From Vicinamibacteria bacterium (GTDB lineage Bacteria > Acidobacteriota > Vicinamibacteria > Marinacidobacterales > DATDRI01): DNA of 28,410 nt. The position numbers and the translations under genes were made by a program. The notes below the pieces were generated by a model. The model ran no database searches. It saw nothing but the letters and a program-made list of their open reading frames with translations, and had not been told where the DNA came from. The stretch is from NCBI GenBank assembly GCA_050747785.1, contig JBOGJF010000484.1, positions 1 to 28,410 of the forward strand, in the 5' to 3' direction. Of this stretch, positions 8,843 to 17,161 are shown one piece after another (position 1 is the first letter of the stretch; each line of letters opens with the position of its first letter).

Positions 8843-9193
8843 TCAGTCCTTCATTTGAAGCTGGGCGTCGTAGACGAAGGCCACGTCGAGGGCCCACTGC
8901 TGCAGCACGTCGGTGAGATACTTCGTTGCCTGAGCGATGGCGTCGTCCCTGGATTGCGCCTTGACCAAGAGGTTGATGTGACAGAGCGGCTCGACATAAA
9001 TCGAGTACTTGATGTTGCGCTTCAGTTCGAACTTCACGTGGTATTCGGTCATAACGGCCTGCTGGATTTCCTGGATCGTCAGCTCGGCCTTGGCGATCCT
9101 GCGTATTTCGTCGAGGTGCCGTTGAGAAACCACGGCGCACGGGCCGCTCCCCATGAGCGCGAGCGGCAAGACGAAGAGCGCGGCGCGCAGCAT
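8843..9193 (-). CDS. Hypothetical exported or membrane-anchored protein
   Basis: TGATG coupling at 9193; hydrophobic N-terminus MLRAALFVLPLALMGSGPC; 116 aa. Confidence 0.6.
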   Translation of the reverse strand: MLRAALFVLPLALMGSGPCAVVSQRHLDEIRRIAKAELTIQEIQQAVMTEYHVKFELKRNIKYSIYVEPLCHINLLVKAQSRDDAIAQATKYLTDVLQQWALDVAFVYDAQLQMKD

Positions 9194-9663
9194 CAGAGGG
9201 GCCCTCCCGCTCCGAGCTCGATCTTCGCGCCCGGAGAAAGGGGGTTCCAATAGGCGTAGAATTCGATGGTCCCGTTCGTCATCGCCGCCGTGCCGATGGT
9301 GTAGCCCAGGTCCACGCCGTGAAAGATGGAGTGGTGGGCCTGCGACGGGTGAGCTAACAGATGGACGGCCCCCTGGGTGAGTCCGCCACTCACGATCACC
9401 CGGTTGGCTACCAGACTTGCGACCGCGATGTTAGCCGTGAAGTAGGTCGTCGTGGCTTCATGCCCGAAGGCAAACGTGGCGCCGCCCCCGCTCGTCAGGC
9501 TTTCCTTGATGTACGCCATCACAAAAGCGTCCACCATGCCGGTGACGATGAAGACCTCATGCGCCGCGACCGTGTTCCAGGTCGCATTTTCAAAATCGAC
9601 GGACAGCTTGAGCTTGCGCCGGAAGAGCCCCAGGTGCAGCCGTTTTTTCTGCAGTACGAGCAT
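9193..9663 (-). CDS. Putative virion structural protein, paralog B
   Basis: Beta-rich 156 aa; aligns end to end with 9673-10155 (GLFR, VAAHE.F.VTG, SLTSGG.AT, WNPLS). Confidence 0.75.
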   Translation of the reverse strand: MLVLQKKRLHLGLFRRKLKLSVDFENATWNTVAAHEVFIVTGMVDAFVMAYIKESLTSGGGATFAFGHEATTTYFTANIAVASLVANRVIVSGGLTQGAVHLLAHPSQAHHSIFHGVDLGYTIGTAAMTNGTIEFYAYWNPLSPGAKIELGAGGPL

Positions 9664-9672
9664 GTTCGTCCC

Positions 9673-10155
9673 CTACAACGCCCCGCCCGCACCGACGACC
9701 ACGCGTCCGTCGTCGCTGAGAGGGTTCCAGGCAAAGGAGTAAAGGATTTTCCCGCCAGTCATAGGCTGGGCCCCGACGGTGTAGCCGATGTCCACTCCGA
9801 TCAGAATCGAATGGTTCGGCGTCGTGCCGTGAAGGTACTGATGCGTGGCGGCCGATGTCGCCGCGGCGCCATGGGGAACGAACCGGGCGGCGATCAAGGA
9901 CGCCAGGGCGATGGCGCCGCCGTAATAGGTGGCGCCCGCTTCATGCCCGTGGGCCAGGGTGGCCGCCCCGCCCGACGTCAACGACTGGGTGATCTCGCCG
10001 TAGAAGTAGCCCTCGACGACACCCGTGACGGTGAAGATCTCGTGCGCGGCGACCTCTTTCCAGCCGGCCACGCTGAAATCGACTAGAAGTTGAGTCCGCT
10101 TCCTGAAGAGTCCGAAGTAAAGGGGGCGCCGCCCCTGGATCGGAGCAACCATCAT
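9673..10155 (-). CDS. Putative virion structural protein, paralog A
   Basis: 160 aa; tandem paralog of 9193-9663. Confidence 0.75.
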   Translation of the reverse strand: MMVAPIQGRRPLYFGLFRKRTQLLVDFSVAGWKEVAAHEIFTVTGVVEGYFYGEITQSLTSGGAATLAHGHEAGATYYGGAIALASLIAARFVPHGAAATSAATHQYLHGTTPNHSILIGVDIGYTVGAQPMTGGKILYSFAWNPLSDDGRVVVGAGGAL

Positions 10156-10860
10156 CTACGCACCGTCCTTCGAGCTCGCGAGGTAGAGGACTTCGATGAT
10201 CCCGTCGGTCTCGACCTGGAGGTTGTAGCTGTGGTCCGAATGGATGAGGGACTGGAGGAGCTGGGGTTCTCCGGCCGGGATCTCCTCACCGCCTTCGAGG
10301 GGCATGACGACCTCGCCGTCGTCCAGGCCCCCGGCCATTCCGGTTACCGTGAATCCCGCGTCCGTCACCGCCTCGAGGATCGCCTGATTCCCGTCGGAGC
10401 CGCCCACTTCATGCGTTAGGAGGACCTCATCCGTCTCGTCGTCGACCTCGGCTGAGATGTCTAGGTTCGCCGTCGCGTTTATCGCCTCGGCCACTAGGTG
10501 GGCGATCTGGTTCTCCGACTCCGCGCCCGTGATCGGCAGGGCGACGTCGCCCGTGATCGCGTCGTTCGTGTCGAACTCGAAGTTGACGGCCGGATTGCTG
10601 CCATCGTCGAGGGTGAAATCATCGCCGTCAACTAGGAGCGACCCGGCGACGACGGCGATTGTGCCCGTCGCCTTTGTGGGGCCCGTCTTCCGCCGGGCGA
10701 CCAGATTTACCACGCTCGCGACGGCAAGCTGGAGCTGAAGGAAGAGCTTCGCGATTCCCTTCTCGTTCTCGGGCAGGGAGAAGTCCTCGGCCAGGATGTC
10801 GGTGTTGGCGCCTGGCGCGGGGAGGTTCATTTCCGCGAAGATCGTGTTGAGCGCGCTCAT
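10156..10860 (-). CDS. Putative structural protein with an inserted sheath-like domain
   Basis: Central KATGTI...DGDDFTL...FEFD...AEAINA...GN...MAGG segment; acidic. Confidence 0.7.
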   Translation of the reverse strand: MSALNTIFAEMNLPAPGANTDILAEDFSLPENEKGIAKLFLQLQLAVASVVNLVARRKTGPTKATGTIAVVAGSLLVDGDDFTLDDGSNPAVNFEFDTNDAITGDVALPITGAESENQIAHLVAEAINATANLDISAEVDDETDEVLLTHEVGGSDGNQAILEAVTDAGFTVTGMAGGLDDGEVVMPLEGGEEIPAGEPQLLQSLIHSDHSYNLQVETDGIIEVLYLASSKDGA

Positions 10861-10875
10861 GCGATGTCTCCCTCC

Positions 10876-11730
10876 CTACTCGGTCACGATGAGGACCACG
10901 GTATCGGTCTCGGCCAGATTGACCGCGCCATCGTCGACCACGGTCGCCACGTTCCCGACGACGGAGACGGCTCCGTCGAAGGCTTTCGCCTCTCCCGGGG
11001 TGGCCGTCGGATACACGAGAAGCGCCACGACGACCGGCTCGAAGCTGAAAGCGAAATGCATGTTGCCCAGGGCCACCTCGGCGGCGTTCGGAACCCGGCG
11101 CTGGACGCTGAGCGCCTTGAGCGCCGCCGCCGCTCCCCCGTACATGGTCGCGGAGGCCCACCCGTTGTTCGCGCCGCCCAGGCTCTCCGCGCAAGCCAGG
11201 ACCACGGCCCCGACGGCATCGGCAACGATCAGAACCTCGTTGTCCCCGATGTCGACGGCAGCGACCAGCTCCGTGCCGCTCGCGTTCACGGCGGTGATGA
11301 GGGCATTGGTCGCCGCCGCCGGCGTGTCGTTGGCGTGGCCCGTCACGGCGATCCGGCCTGCCGTAACCCCGTCGGCGGCGCGGTCGAATTCGTAGACATC
11401 CGCCCCGATGGTCACGGTCTCTTCGTCGGCCACGTTGGAGGCGACCCGGAGGACGTTGACGGCGCGGCGGCCGGGATCCTGGAGAGGGCCTGTGCCCGGC
11501 ATCGCATGGCTCAAGTCCAGGTCGCGTCGCTTCCAGCGGCCGGCTTGAGTGGCCAGCTTGTGGGCCGGCTTGATGGCGAGGGCGCCGTCATCGGCGTCCG
11601 TCTCGGTGGGGTCGTAGTCGTAGATCCGGCCGCCTGCGGTTTTCACGTAGGCGATGTCGTCTAGAATCACCGCTGACAGAGCCCGGAGCCCATCGAGGTC
11701 CTCGACGACCTGAATTTTCTTTCGTCCCAT
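10876..11730 (-). CDS. Putative structural protein with tailspike-like N-terminal module and sheath-like domain
   Basis: N-terminus has DLDGLRAL...GGRIYDYD...DDG..IKP...GRWKR, followed by TVTIGADVYEFD...TAVNA...MYGG. Confidence 0.7.
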   Translation of the reverse strand: MGRKKIQVVEDLDGLRALSAVILDDIAYVKTAGGRIYDYDPTETDADDGALAIKPAHKLATQAGRWKRRDLDLSHAMPGTGPLQDPGRRAVNVLRVASNVADEETVTIGADVYEFDRAADGVTAGRIAVTGHANDTPAAATNALITAVNASGTELVAAVDIGDNEVLIVADAVGAVVLACAESLGGANNGWASATMYGGAAAALKALSVQRRVPNAAEVALGNMHFAFSFEPVVVALLVYPTATPGEAKAFDGAVSVVGNVATVVDDGAVNLAETDTVVLIVTE

Positions 11731-11745
11731 CGCGTCTCCTTCGAA

Positions 11746-11812
11746 GCTTGGCTGCGCTCATCGAAGCGCCCCGAGGTTTCCCCCGAGGCGCTCGAGACGA
11801 ACGCAGCGAAGC
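11746..11812 (-). promoter_or_regulatory. Long intergenic RNA hairpin with GAAA tetraloop
   Basis: GCTGCGTTCG..TCGA-GCGCCTCGGGG-GAAA-CCTCGGGGCGC-T-TCGA-TGAGCGCAGC fills the gap between two paralogous genes. Confidence 0.6.
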
Positions 11813-11813
11813 C

Positions 11814-12434
11814 TTATTCCCACGAGCTCCAGGTCAGGACGTCCGTCGCCGCGGGGTCCGTCGCCCCGGCGAACGCGACCTTGATCGTCGAGCCGACGAC
11901 CGTGACGAGCGCCGTGATCGCCTTCAGGAGGCCCGCCGAGTCCCGGCAGACGACCTCCGCGAACCGCGGGGAGGTGAGGCCGGTCTCGATGATCACGGCG
12001 TCGGCCTGTACGTCGTTCGCATCCACCGTGTGGGCGCCGCGAGCGACCGTCTGGATCGACCCGTTCTCCCCGCCGGCCATTGCCGCGGCCGAGAGGACCA
12101 GGTTCGCCCCGCTTTTCGTGAGCGCAAGGTTCCCGTTGGAGCCTACGCGGTCAGCCGTCAGCCGGCACGTCTGGCCCGTGGCGTTGACCGGATCGACCAC
12201 CGCCGTGACCGGGATCGTGGGCTTGTTCGCGTTGATCGCGGCGATGAGCGCGGTCATGGTGAGGGCGGCCGAGCCCCCGATCGTGACCGTGACGGACCCG
12301 GCGCCCACGGAAGCGTTGTTGTCGAACTCGTACTTCTTGCCGCCGATCGTGAAGAAGTCGCCGTCGGACGGCTGCGCCGACAGGTGAAGCGACCCGACCG
12401 CTTTTCCGCCCTTGAACTTGAATCTGCCCGCCAT
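11814..12434 (-). CDS. Putative structural protein with sheath-like domain
   Basis: KAVGSL...PSDGDFFTIGGKKYEFD...AAINA...PVTA...LTA...GN...MAGG; the C-terminus aligns with 10876-11730. Confidence 0.72.
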   Translation of the reverse strand: MAGRFKFKGGKAVGSLHLSAQPSDGDFFTIGGKKYEFDNNASVGAGSVTVTIGGSAALTMTALIAAINANKPTIPVTAVVDPVNATGQTCRLTADRVGSNGNLALTKSGANLVLSAAAMAGGENGSIQTVARGAHTVDANDVQADAVIIETGLTSPRFAEVVCRDSAGLLKAITALVTVVGSTIKVAFAGATDPAATDVLTWSSWE

Positions 12435-12561
12435 CGAAGACCCCCTTTCAGGGCACGGGCATGGGGCCCGTGGTCAGGCGGGGTGCGCCCGCCGCGCCTT
12501 CGCTGCTCTCTCTATCCCCTCGGGGCCGCCGCGGTCGTCACCCGCCACGGCCCGTTTCGAT

Positions 12562-14085
12562 CTACTCTTCGCGACTTCCCTCCCTGTCCTTCACGCCACG
12601 CTCCTCGAACGACCGCCGGGCCCGCTCGGCACCCTCGTCCCCGAGCTCGGGCTCGGCCATCGTCCCCGCTTCCTCCAGGGCCTTCTTCCGTTCCTCCTGG
12701 AGCTGCTTGGACTCCTCCGCCGGCCGCATGGGCAGCTTGAGCGAGCGCGCTACCCCTTCGATGTCGAGGCGCTCGAGGAGTTGGGTCGGGCGGCCGTCGG
12801 TGATCATCGAGTCGGCCTGGAGCACGGTCTTGATCACATCCCGGAGCATGTCCTTCATGGCCTTGGCGAGCCCGCCGGCGACCACGCGCGTGCGGGACTG
12901 CTTCCATCGCTCGTCGCCGTAGTTGTAGCGGACAACGGGGTCGACGATCTGAAGGTTGAGGACGGCGCCCAGGAAGTGCCGCCGGTTGCCCTCGAGGAAC
13001 TCCGCCAGGACATCCGCCTGGAAGTCGGCGTCCCCGGTACCGAGGCCTCCGGCGCCGGCGGCCATCACGCGGTCGGTGATGAGGAGGCCCCGGAGCTTCT
13101 TCAGGTCCAGAGCGTCGATGCGGAGCTGGAACATGTCGCCCCGCTTGTCGTCGGTCAGGTACTTGAAGTCGACGAGCGGGTTGCCCTTCTCGTCGCGCTT
13201 CGAATCGACGGCGATGGAGCTCCCGGACCGAATGGCCACCGCCTGGTCCAGGAGCCACTGGTGGCCGTCGATCGGTTTCCCCCCCGGGCCGATGATCTCC
13301 GCCGGACCGTGGCCGATGACGGACGGGTCCGCCTTGCGCTCGAAGTAGCGGTTCGTGAGGAGCTCGGTGGCGGCGCCGTTCCACCACGGCTCGTACACCT
13401 GGTTGAGGAGGGGCTTGCCGGAGAGCTTCCCATCGACCTCCTCCGCCCGGTGGCTCCAGAGGACGACGTGCTCGGGGCCCACGACCTTGTCGGGCTGGAC
13501 CAGGCCCATGAAGCTCTGATCCACCCCGGCCCATTCGTCCCGGGCGGGATCCACGAGGAGGCGAAGAGACTCGTTGGCGATCGTCTTGGTCTTCTCGATG
13601 ATCCAGGCGTTCGGGATGACCTTGTCATCCGCGGAGATCTCGCCCTTCTTCCGCGACTCGACCTCGACGAGGAGGTCCTCCACCGCCCACACCTTCTCGC
13701 AGACTTTCCAGCCGAGCGGGATGGCCATCGAGATCCCAAGGGCGAACTGGTCGAAGATGCGTTCGAGAACGGCTTCCACGAAGGCGCCGATCTCGGGGTC
13801 CCGCGACTCCACGGTCCAGGGCAGGTTCGTGATCGCCCCTCGGTGGATGGCGATCCCGAAGGCGATGATGGGGTCCTCGAGCATGAGGAGCCGGGTCTTG
13901 TGCCCGACCAGGCGCGGGTTGAAGACGCCCAGGATGTCCGGCACGTCGGTGAGGAGCCGGGAGATCGCGTCGAACTGTCTGAGGACGCTGCCGGCGGACG
14001 GGATCCGGGCGGCCCCGTTCTTCGGGGCCTCCTCGGCAGCGAGGGCCACGGTCGGGCGGCGGAATATCCCGAGAAGGCCCTTCAC
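12562..14085 (-). CDS. Portal protein (Mu gp29 / DUF935-like)
   Basis: GTG at 14085 (GTGA overlap, GGAGG RBS); AIPLGWKVCEKVW, GKPLL..VYEPWW, FERKADP and LNLQIVDPVVRYNYG motifs; directly after terminase. Confidence 0.88.
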   Translation of the reverse strand: MKGLLGIFRRPTVALAAEEAPKNGAARIPSAGSVLRQFDAISRLLTDVPDILGVFNPRLVGHKTRLLMLEDPIIAFGIAIHRGAITNLPWTVESRDPEIGAFVEAVLERIFDQFALGISMAIPLGWKVCEKVWAVEDLLVEVESRKKGEISADDKVIPNAWIIEKTKTIANESLRLLVDPARDEWAGVDQSFMGLVQPDKVVGPEHVVLWSHRAEEVDGKLSGKPLLNQVYEPWWNGAATELLTNRYFERKADPSVIGHGPAEIIGPGGKPIDGHQWLLDQAVAIRSGSSIAVDSKRDEKGNPLVDFKYLTDDKRGDMFQLRIDALDLKKLRGLLITDRVMAAGAGGLGTGDADFQADVLAEFLEGNRRHFLGAVLNLQIVDPVVRYNYGDERWKQSRTRVVAGGLAKAMKDMLRDVIKTVLQADSMITDGRPTQLLERLDIEGVARSLKLPMRPAEESKQLQEERKKALEEAGTMAEPELGDEGAERARRSFEERGVKDREGSREE

Positions 14086-15581
14086 AGGATCCTCCCGCCC
14101 GTCATGGGGAAGATGCGTGGAGACGGTGCGGAAGGCGCGGATCCGGTCCGGACGACGAGATCCGCCCCGGCCAGGTAGTTGTACGCGTGGGCGCCCGCGT
14201 CCACCATGTCGATCGTCGGCCCGCCGGGGAAGGCGTCGACCTCGGCGTGGAACTCGGCGTTCCAGGGCGCCCCCAGGATCGTTACGTTGCCCACCGACGC
14301 CTGGCCGGCGAGCGGGCCCGCGCGGAGCTCCTTCGAACCGGTGGCGGGGCTGTCCCTCACGATCCACCCGTCGAGCATGCGCTTCAGCTCGTCGATCTGC
14401 GCCATGCCCCCGGATCCGGGCTCCCGCTCGAGGATGATGGGCACGCCCTTCCCGTCGAGTTTCGCGGTCTCGAGGATGATCTCGTTCCGCCGGCCGGGGT
14501 TCCACCGGCCGTATCGAATGTTCGGAATGTGGTACCTGTTTACGTTGCCCTCGCGTCGGGTCTCCATCCGGACGCCGGCGGTTCGCTTGGCGGTCGGGCT
14601 CTCCGAGGCCGCCAGGTCCCACGCGCGGACCGCGCGCGAGAAGCCTGGGTTCGCGGCCACGATCTTGAACCACTCGCTTTTCAGGTCGCCGCCCCCCCGA
14701 GGGTAGGGCCGCTGCTCGTAGAGGCCTGCCCAGACGTGGGGGTCGCGCGACCGCTTGATCGCCTGCAGTTCCTCGACCGGGTGGAGCTCCGGGACGAGGG
14801 CCTCGCCAGCCTTCCGATTCCACCGGAGGGCCGGCCAGTCTTCGTCCTCCTCGGCGATCGCCGGGAGGGTGATGATCGTCCAGTCCTCCTTGCGGTCCTT
14901 CTTGAGGTCGTGGATCCTGCCGGGCGGGTCGTCGACGGCGCGCCGGGTCATGATGAGGACGCGGCGGCCGCCCTTCTGGAGCCGGGCGGAGAGCTCGGAT
15001 TCCCACCACCGCCAGACCATGTCCTTGCGGGCCTTCGATTCGGCCTCGACCTGGTCCTTCAGGAGGTCGTCGGCGATCGCGAGCTCGGCGGGCCGCCCCG
15101 AGATCCCGCCCTCGACGCCCGAGGTCACCATGCCCCCCAGGCGGCCGGCGAGCTTCCACTCCGAGGCGCCCGAGACATCGTCCCGGATCTCCTCGCCGAT
15201 GAGCTGGCCGTGGCGGTCGATGACGTCGCGCGTCTCGCGGCCCCAAGAGGCGGCATATCCGGCGGCGTAGGAGCCGAGCAGGATGCGATCGTCGGGCCGG
15301 ATCCGGAGCCACCAAGCCGGGAAGTGCTTCGACCAGTACTCGCTCTTCCCGTGCTGGGGCGGGCACTCGATGAGGAGGTTCGTGATCGTGCCCAGGAGGA
15401 GACCCCAGGCGAGGCGGTCGAAGAGGGCCCAGAGGCGATTTCTCATCAGCCGTCCGTTAGTGGCTTCCATTGCCAGGAGTGCCGGCGACTCGGCGCCGCT
15501 CTGCAAGCCGATCAATGACATCGCAGAGAGGATCGAGGGCCCCGGCATCTCGGAATTCCGCAAGTCGATCATTGAGCGCAT
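14082..15581 (-). CDS. terL: Terminase large subunit (start uncertain)
   Basis: Walker A PPQHGKSE; GRPAELAIADDLLKD; IMTR; LYEQRP; nuclease motifs RAWDLAAS, EREPGSGG and FP...DMVDA. Confidence 0.95.
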   Translation of the reverse strand: MRSMIDLRNSEMPGPSILSAMSLIGLQSGAESPALLAMEATNGRLMRNRLWALFDRLAWGLLLGTITNLLIECPPQHGKSEYWSKHFPAWWLRIRPDDRILLGSYAAGYAASWGRETRDVIDRHGQLIGEEIRDDVSGASEWKLAGRLGGMVTSGVEGGISGRPAELAIADDLLKDQVEAESKARKDMVWRWWESELSARLQKGGRRVLIMTRRAVDDPPGRIHDLKKDRKEDWTIITLPAIAEEDEDWPALRWNRKAGEALVPELHPVEELQAIKRSRDPHVWAGLYEQRPYPRGGGDLKSEWFKIVAANPGFSRAVRAWDLAASESPTAKRTAGVRMETRREGNVNRYHIPNIRYGRWNPGRRNEIILETAKLDGKGVPIILEREPGSGGMAQIDELKRMLDGWIVRDSPATGSKELRAGPLAGQASVGNVTILGAPWNAEFHAEVDAFPGGPTIDMVDAGAHAYNYLAGADLVVRTGSAPSAPSPRIFPMTGGRIL

Positions 15582-16071
15582 TCACCGTCACCGAGGACGT
15601 CTGCTCGTGGTGGGTCGACTGGTCCCGCGCGTCGACCATGGCCTTGATCGCGGCCGGCGGCGTCGCGCTCTCCATGAGCTTGTCGAGCAGATGGTTGAAG
15701 ACCGCGTCGTTCCTCTTCGCCCGGTTCCAGAGCTCGGCGTAGTGCTGGTGGGCGATCTTCATGACGCGCTTCGACGCGTAGGCCCGGAAGTTGCCGAGGA
15801 ACCAGTCGACGAAGCCCTCGAGGAACTTCGTCCGGGCCTCGTCCCGCCGGCTGACGGGGCGCACGGCGGGCCCCGAGGGGTTCCCCGACACGCCCGCGGG
15901 GAAAGTGCCCGCTTCGGTCCGCTCGATGACCACGAGGGGTTCCGGGGCTCCGGCGGGGGTCTCCGAGGGGACGCCGGCGGGGGCCCCGGCGGGCCCCGTG
16001 GACGGCAGCGCGTGGTCGGGATCTGATCCGTTCCCGTTGCCCGGTGGACGGGCGTCGACGCTGTCGGTCAC
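15457..16071 (-). CDS. Probable terminase small subunit
   Basis: GTFPAGVSGNPSG motif (DUF5681-like), helical C-terminus, immediately upstream of terL. Confidence 0.7.
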   Translation of the reverse strand: MTDSVDARPPGNGNGSDPDHALPSTGPAGAPAGVPSETPAGAPEPLVVIERTEAGTFPAGVSGNPSGPAVRPVSRRDEARTKFLEGFVDWFLGNFRAYASKRVMKIAHQHYAELWNRAKRNDAVFNHLLDKLMESATPPAAIKAMVDARDQSTHHEQTSSVTVNALNDRLAEFRDAGALDPLCDVIDRLAERRRVAGTPGNGSH

Positions 16072-16077
16072 GCCCAG

Positions 16078-16103
16078 AATCTATCCGCAGCCAGTCCTGT
16101 CAA
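16078..16103 (-). promoter_or_regulatory. Possible late promoter: TTGACA-N14-TAGATT, 6 nt before the GTG
   Basis: Consensus -35 and a TAnnnT -10 with an abnormally short spacer; no SD before the GTG at 16071. Confidence 0.4.
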
Positions 16104-16172
16104 GGGCCTCAAGCGACAGCGTCGGCAAAGATCGGCAGCCTACGTCACCTTGGAGCGAAAATACGCAACGTC

Positions 16173-16412
16173 CTACCGACGAATAATGGTTCGGAGAACG
16201 GGCACTTTTGCCTTTGGTAAGAACACTGGGCTGGCTGCGCCTGCGACGCCCCACCGGGGTAGCTTTATGCCACGCGTGGAAAGCGCATCCCTGAGTGTGC
16301 TTGACGCGATCGCAAGACGCTCCGAGATCGCCTTCCAGCCGATGAGGGCGTCCTCCGGTTCCACAAGCGTCGGATCGAAATCCAAAAGCTGTTCCACCAG
16401 ATTGTCCTCCAT
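16173..16412 (-). CDS. Small helix-turn-helix DNA-binding protein
   Basis: LIGWKAISERLAIASSTLR, an excisionase-like HTH pattern. Confidence 0.65.
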   Translation of the reverse strand: MEDNLVEQLLDFDPTLVEPEDALIGWKAISERLAIASSTLRDALSTRGIKLPRWGVAGAASPVFLPKAKVPVLRTIIRR

Positions 16413-16419
16413 CGTCGTG

Positions 16420-16593
16420 CTACCGCCTCCCCCACTTCAGCCAGGCCAGGATCCCGACCAGGACCACGACCCCCGTGGCCGCCACGACGGTGATCGCCAC
16501 CTCGAGGGCGATCATCCACCACGACCGCGTCACGACGGGCCACCGGCTCCCGCCGTTCGAGAGAGCCACTTCGTCGTCCAGCCTCTTGCCCAT
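16420..16593 (-). CDS. Small single-pass membrane protein
   Basis: GAGGGG RBS; WWMIALEVAITVVAATGVVVLVGILAWLKW. Confidence 0.6.
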   Translation of the reverse strand: MGKRLDDEVALSNGGSRWPVVTRSWWMIALEVAITVVAATGVVVLVGILAWLKWGRR

Positions 16594-16622
16594 CGCCCCT
16601 CTCCTTCCCGCAGACGTCTGCA

Positions 16623-16949
16623 CTACATGCCCAGGACCTGGCGCCGCGTCCACAACGTGCGCTGGATCCGGGGAATCCTCATCGGCCGCTTCCGCTCGTG
16701 CCTCTTCCGCTCCCGGTCCCTCTCCCGCGCGCGGGCCCGCCGCCTGGCGTCTTCGAGCCCATACTGGCCCTTCTCCGAGAAGCACCGGTCGCACGTAAAC
16801 TTCCGGTCGCGGCAGTCAAGGCAAAGGTCGATCTCGATCCCGCACCAGGCGCAGTTCCGGAAGTATTCCGCGTCGACGCGATGGCCCTCGTCGTACTCGT
16901 CGTACTCGTAGTGTCGGCCGTCGCAGACGTACGCGCCTCGGGTCTTCAG
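16623..16949 (-). CDS. Cys-rich hypothetical protein (start uncertain, possibly CTG)
   Basis: CAWC, CLDC and CDRC followed by a basic tail; the candidate start overlaps the upstream stop (CTGA). Confidence 0.5.
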   Translation of the reverse strand: MKTRGAYVCDGRHYEYDEYDEGHRVDAEYFRNCAWCGIEIDLCLDCRDRKFTCDRCFSEKGQYGLEDARRRARARERDRERKRHERKRPMRIPRIQRTLWTRRQVLGM

Positions 16950-17161
16950 TTTACCTGTCCGGTTTTTGGGCCCTCGTTCGCCTGAGCGGTAGGCCTGGTC
17001 GATCGACCCTTGGTTTTTTGGGCCATAGCAAGCACGCAACCCTTCAGGCACTTGAAGCAGACCTTGGAGAGGGCAGAATCTTCTTTTGCACGGCCCAAGC
17101 TGCCTAGGAGCCAAATCCTCGCCTGGAGCTCTCGATTGCAGCCGTCGCATCGGTAAATCAT
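16946..17161 (-). CDS. Small zinc-finger protein
   Basis: CDGC...VCFKC; ATGA overlap. Confidence 0.6.
   Translation of the reverse strand: MIYRCDGCNRELQARIWLLGSLGRAKEDSALSKVCFKCLKGCVLAMAQKTKGRSTRPTAQANEGPKTGQVN

Noticed and set aside
10156..12434. Contractile tail sheath gene (myovirus)
   Set aside because: The proteins are too short, lack recognisable sheath core domains and lie outside the tail module.
14086..15366. 934-aa version of the portal ORF
   Set aside because: The N-terminal part is Arg/Pro-rich off-frame overlap with terL; the real start is GTG 14085 with an SD.
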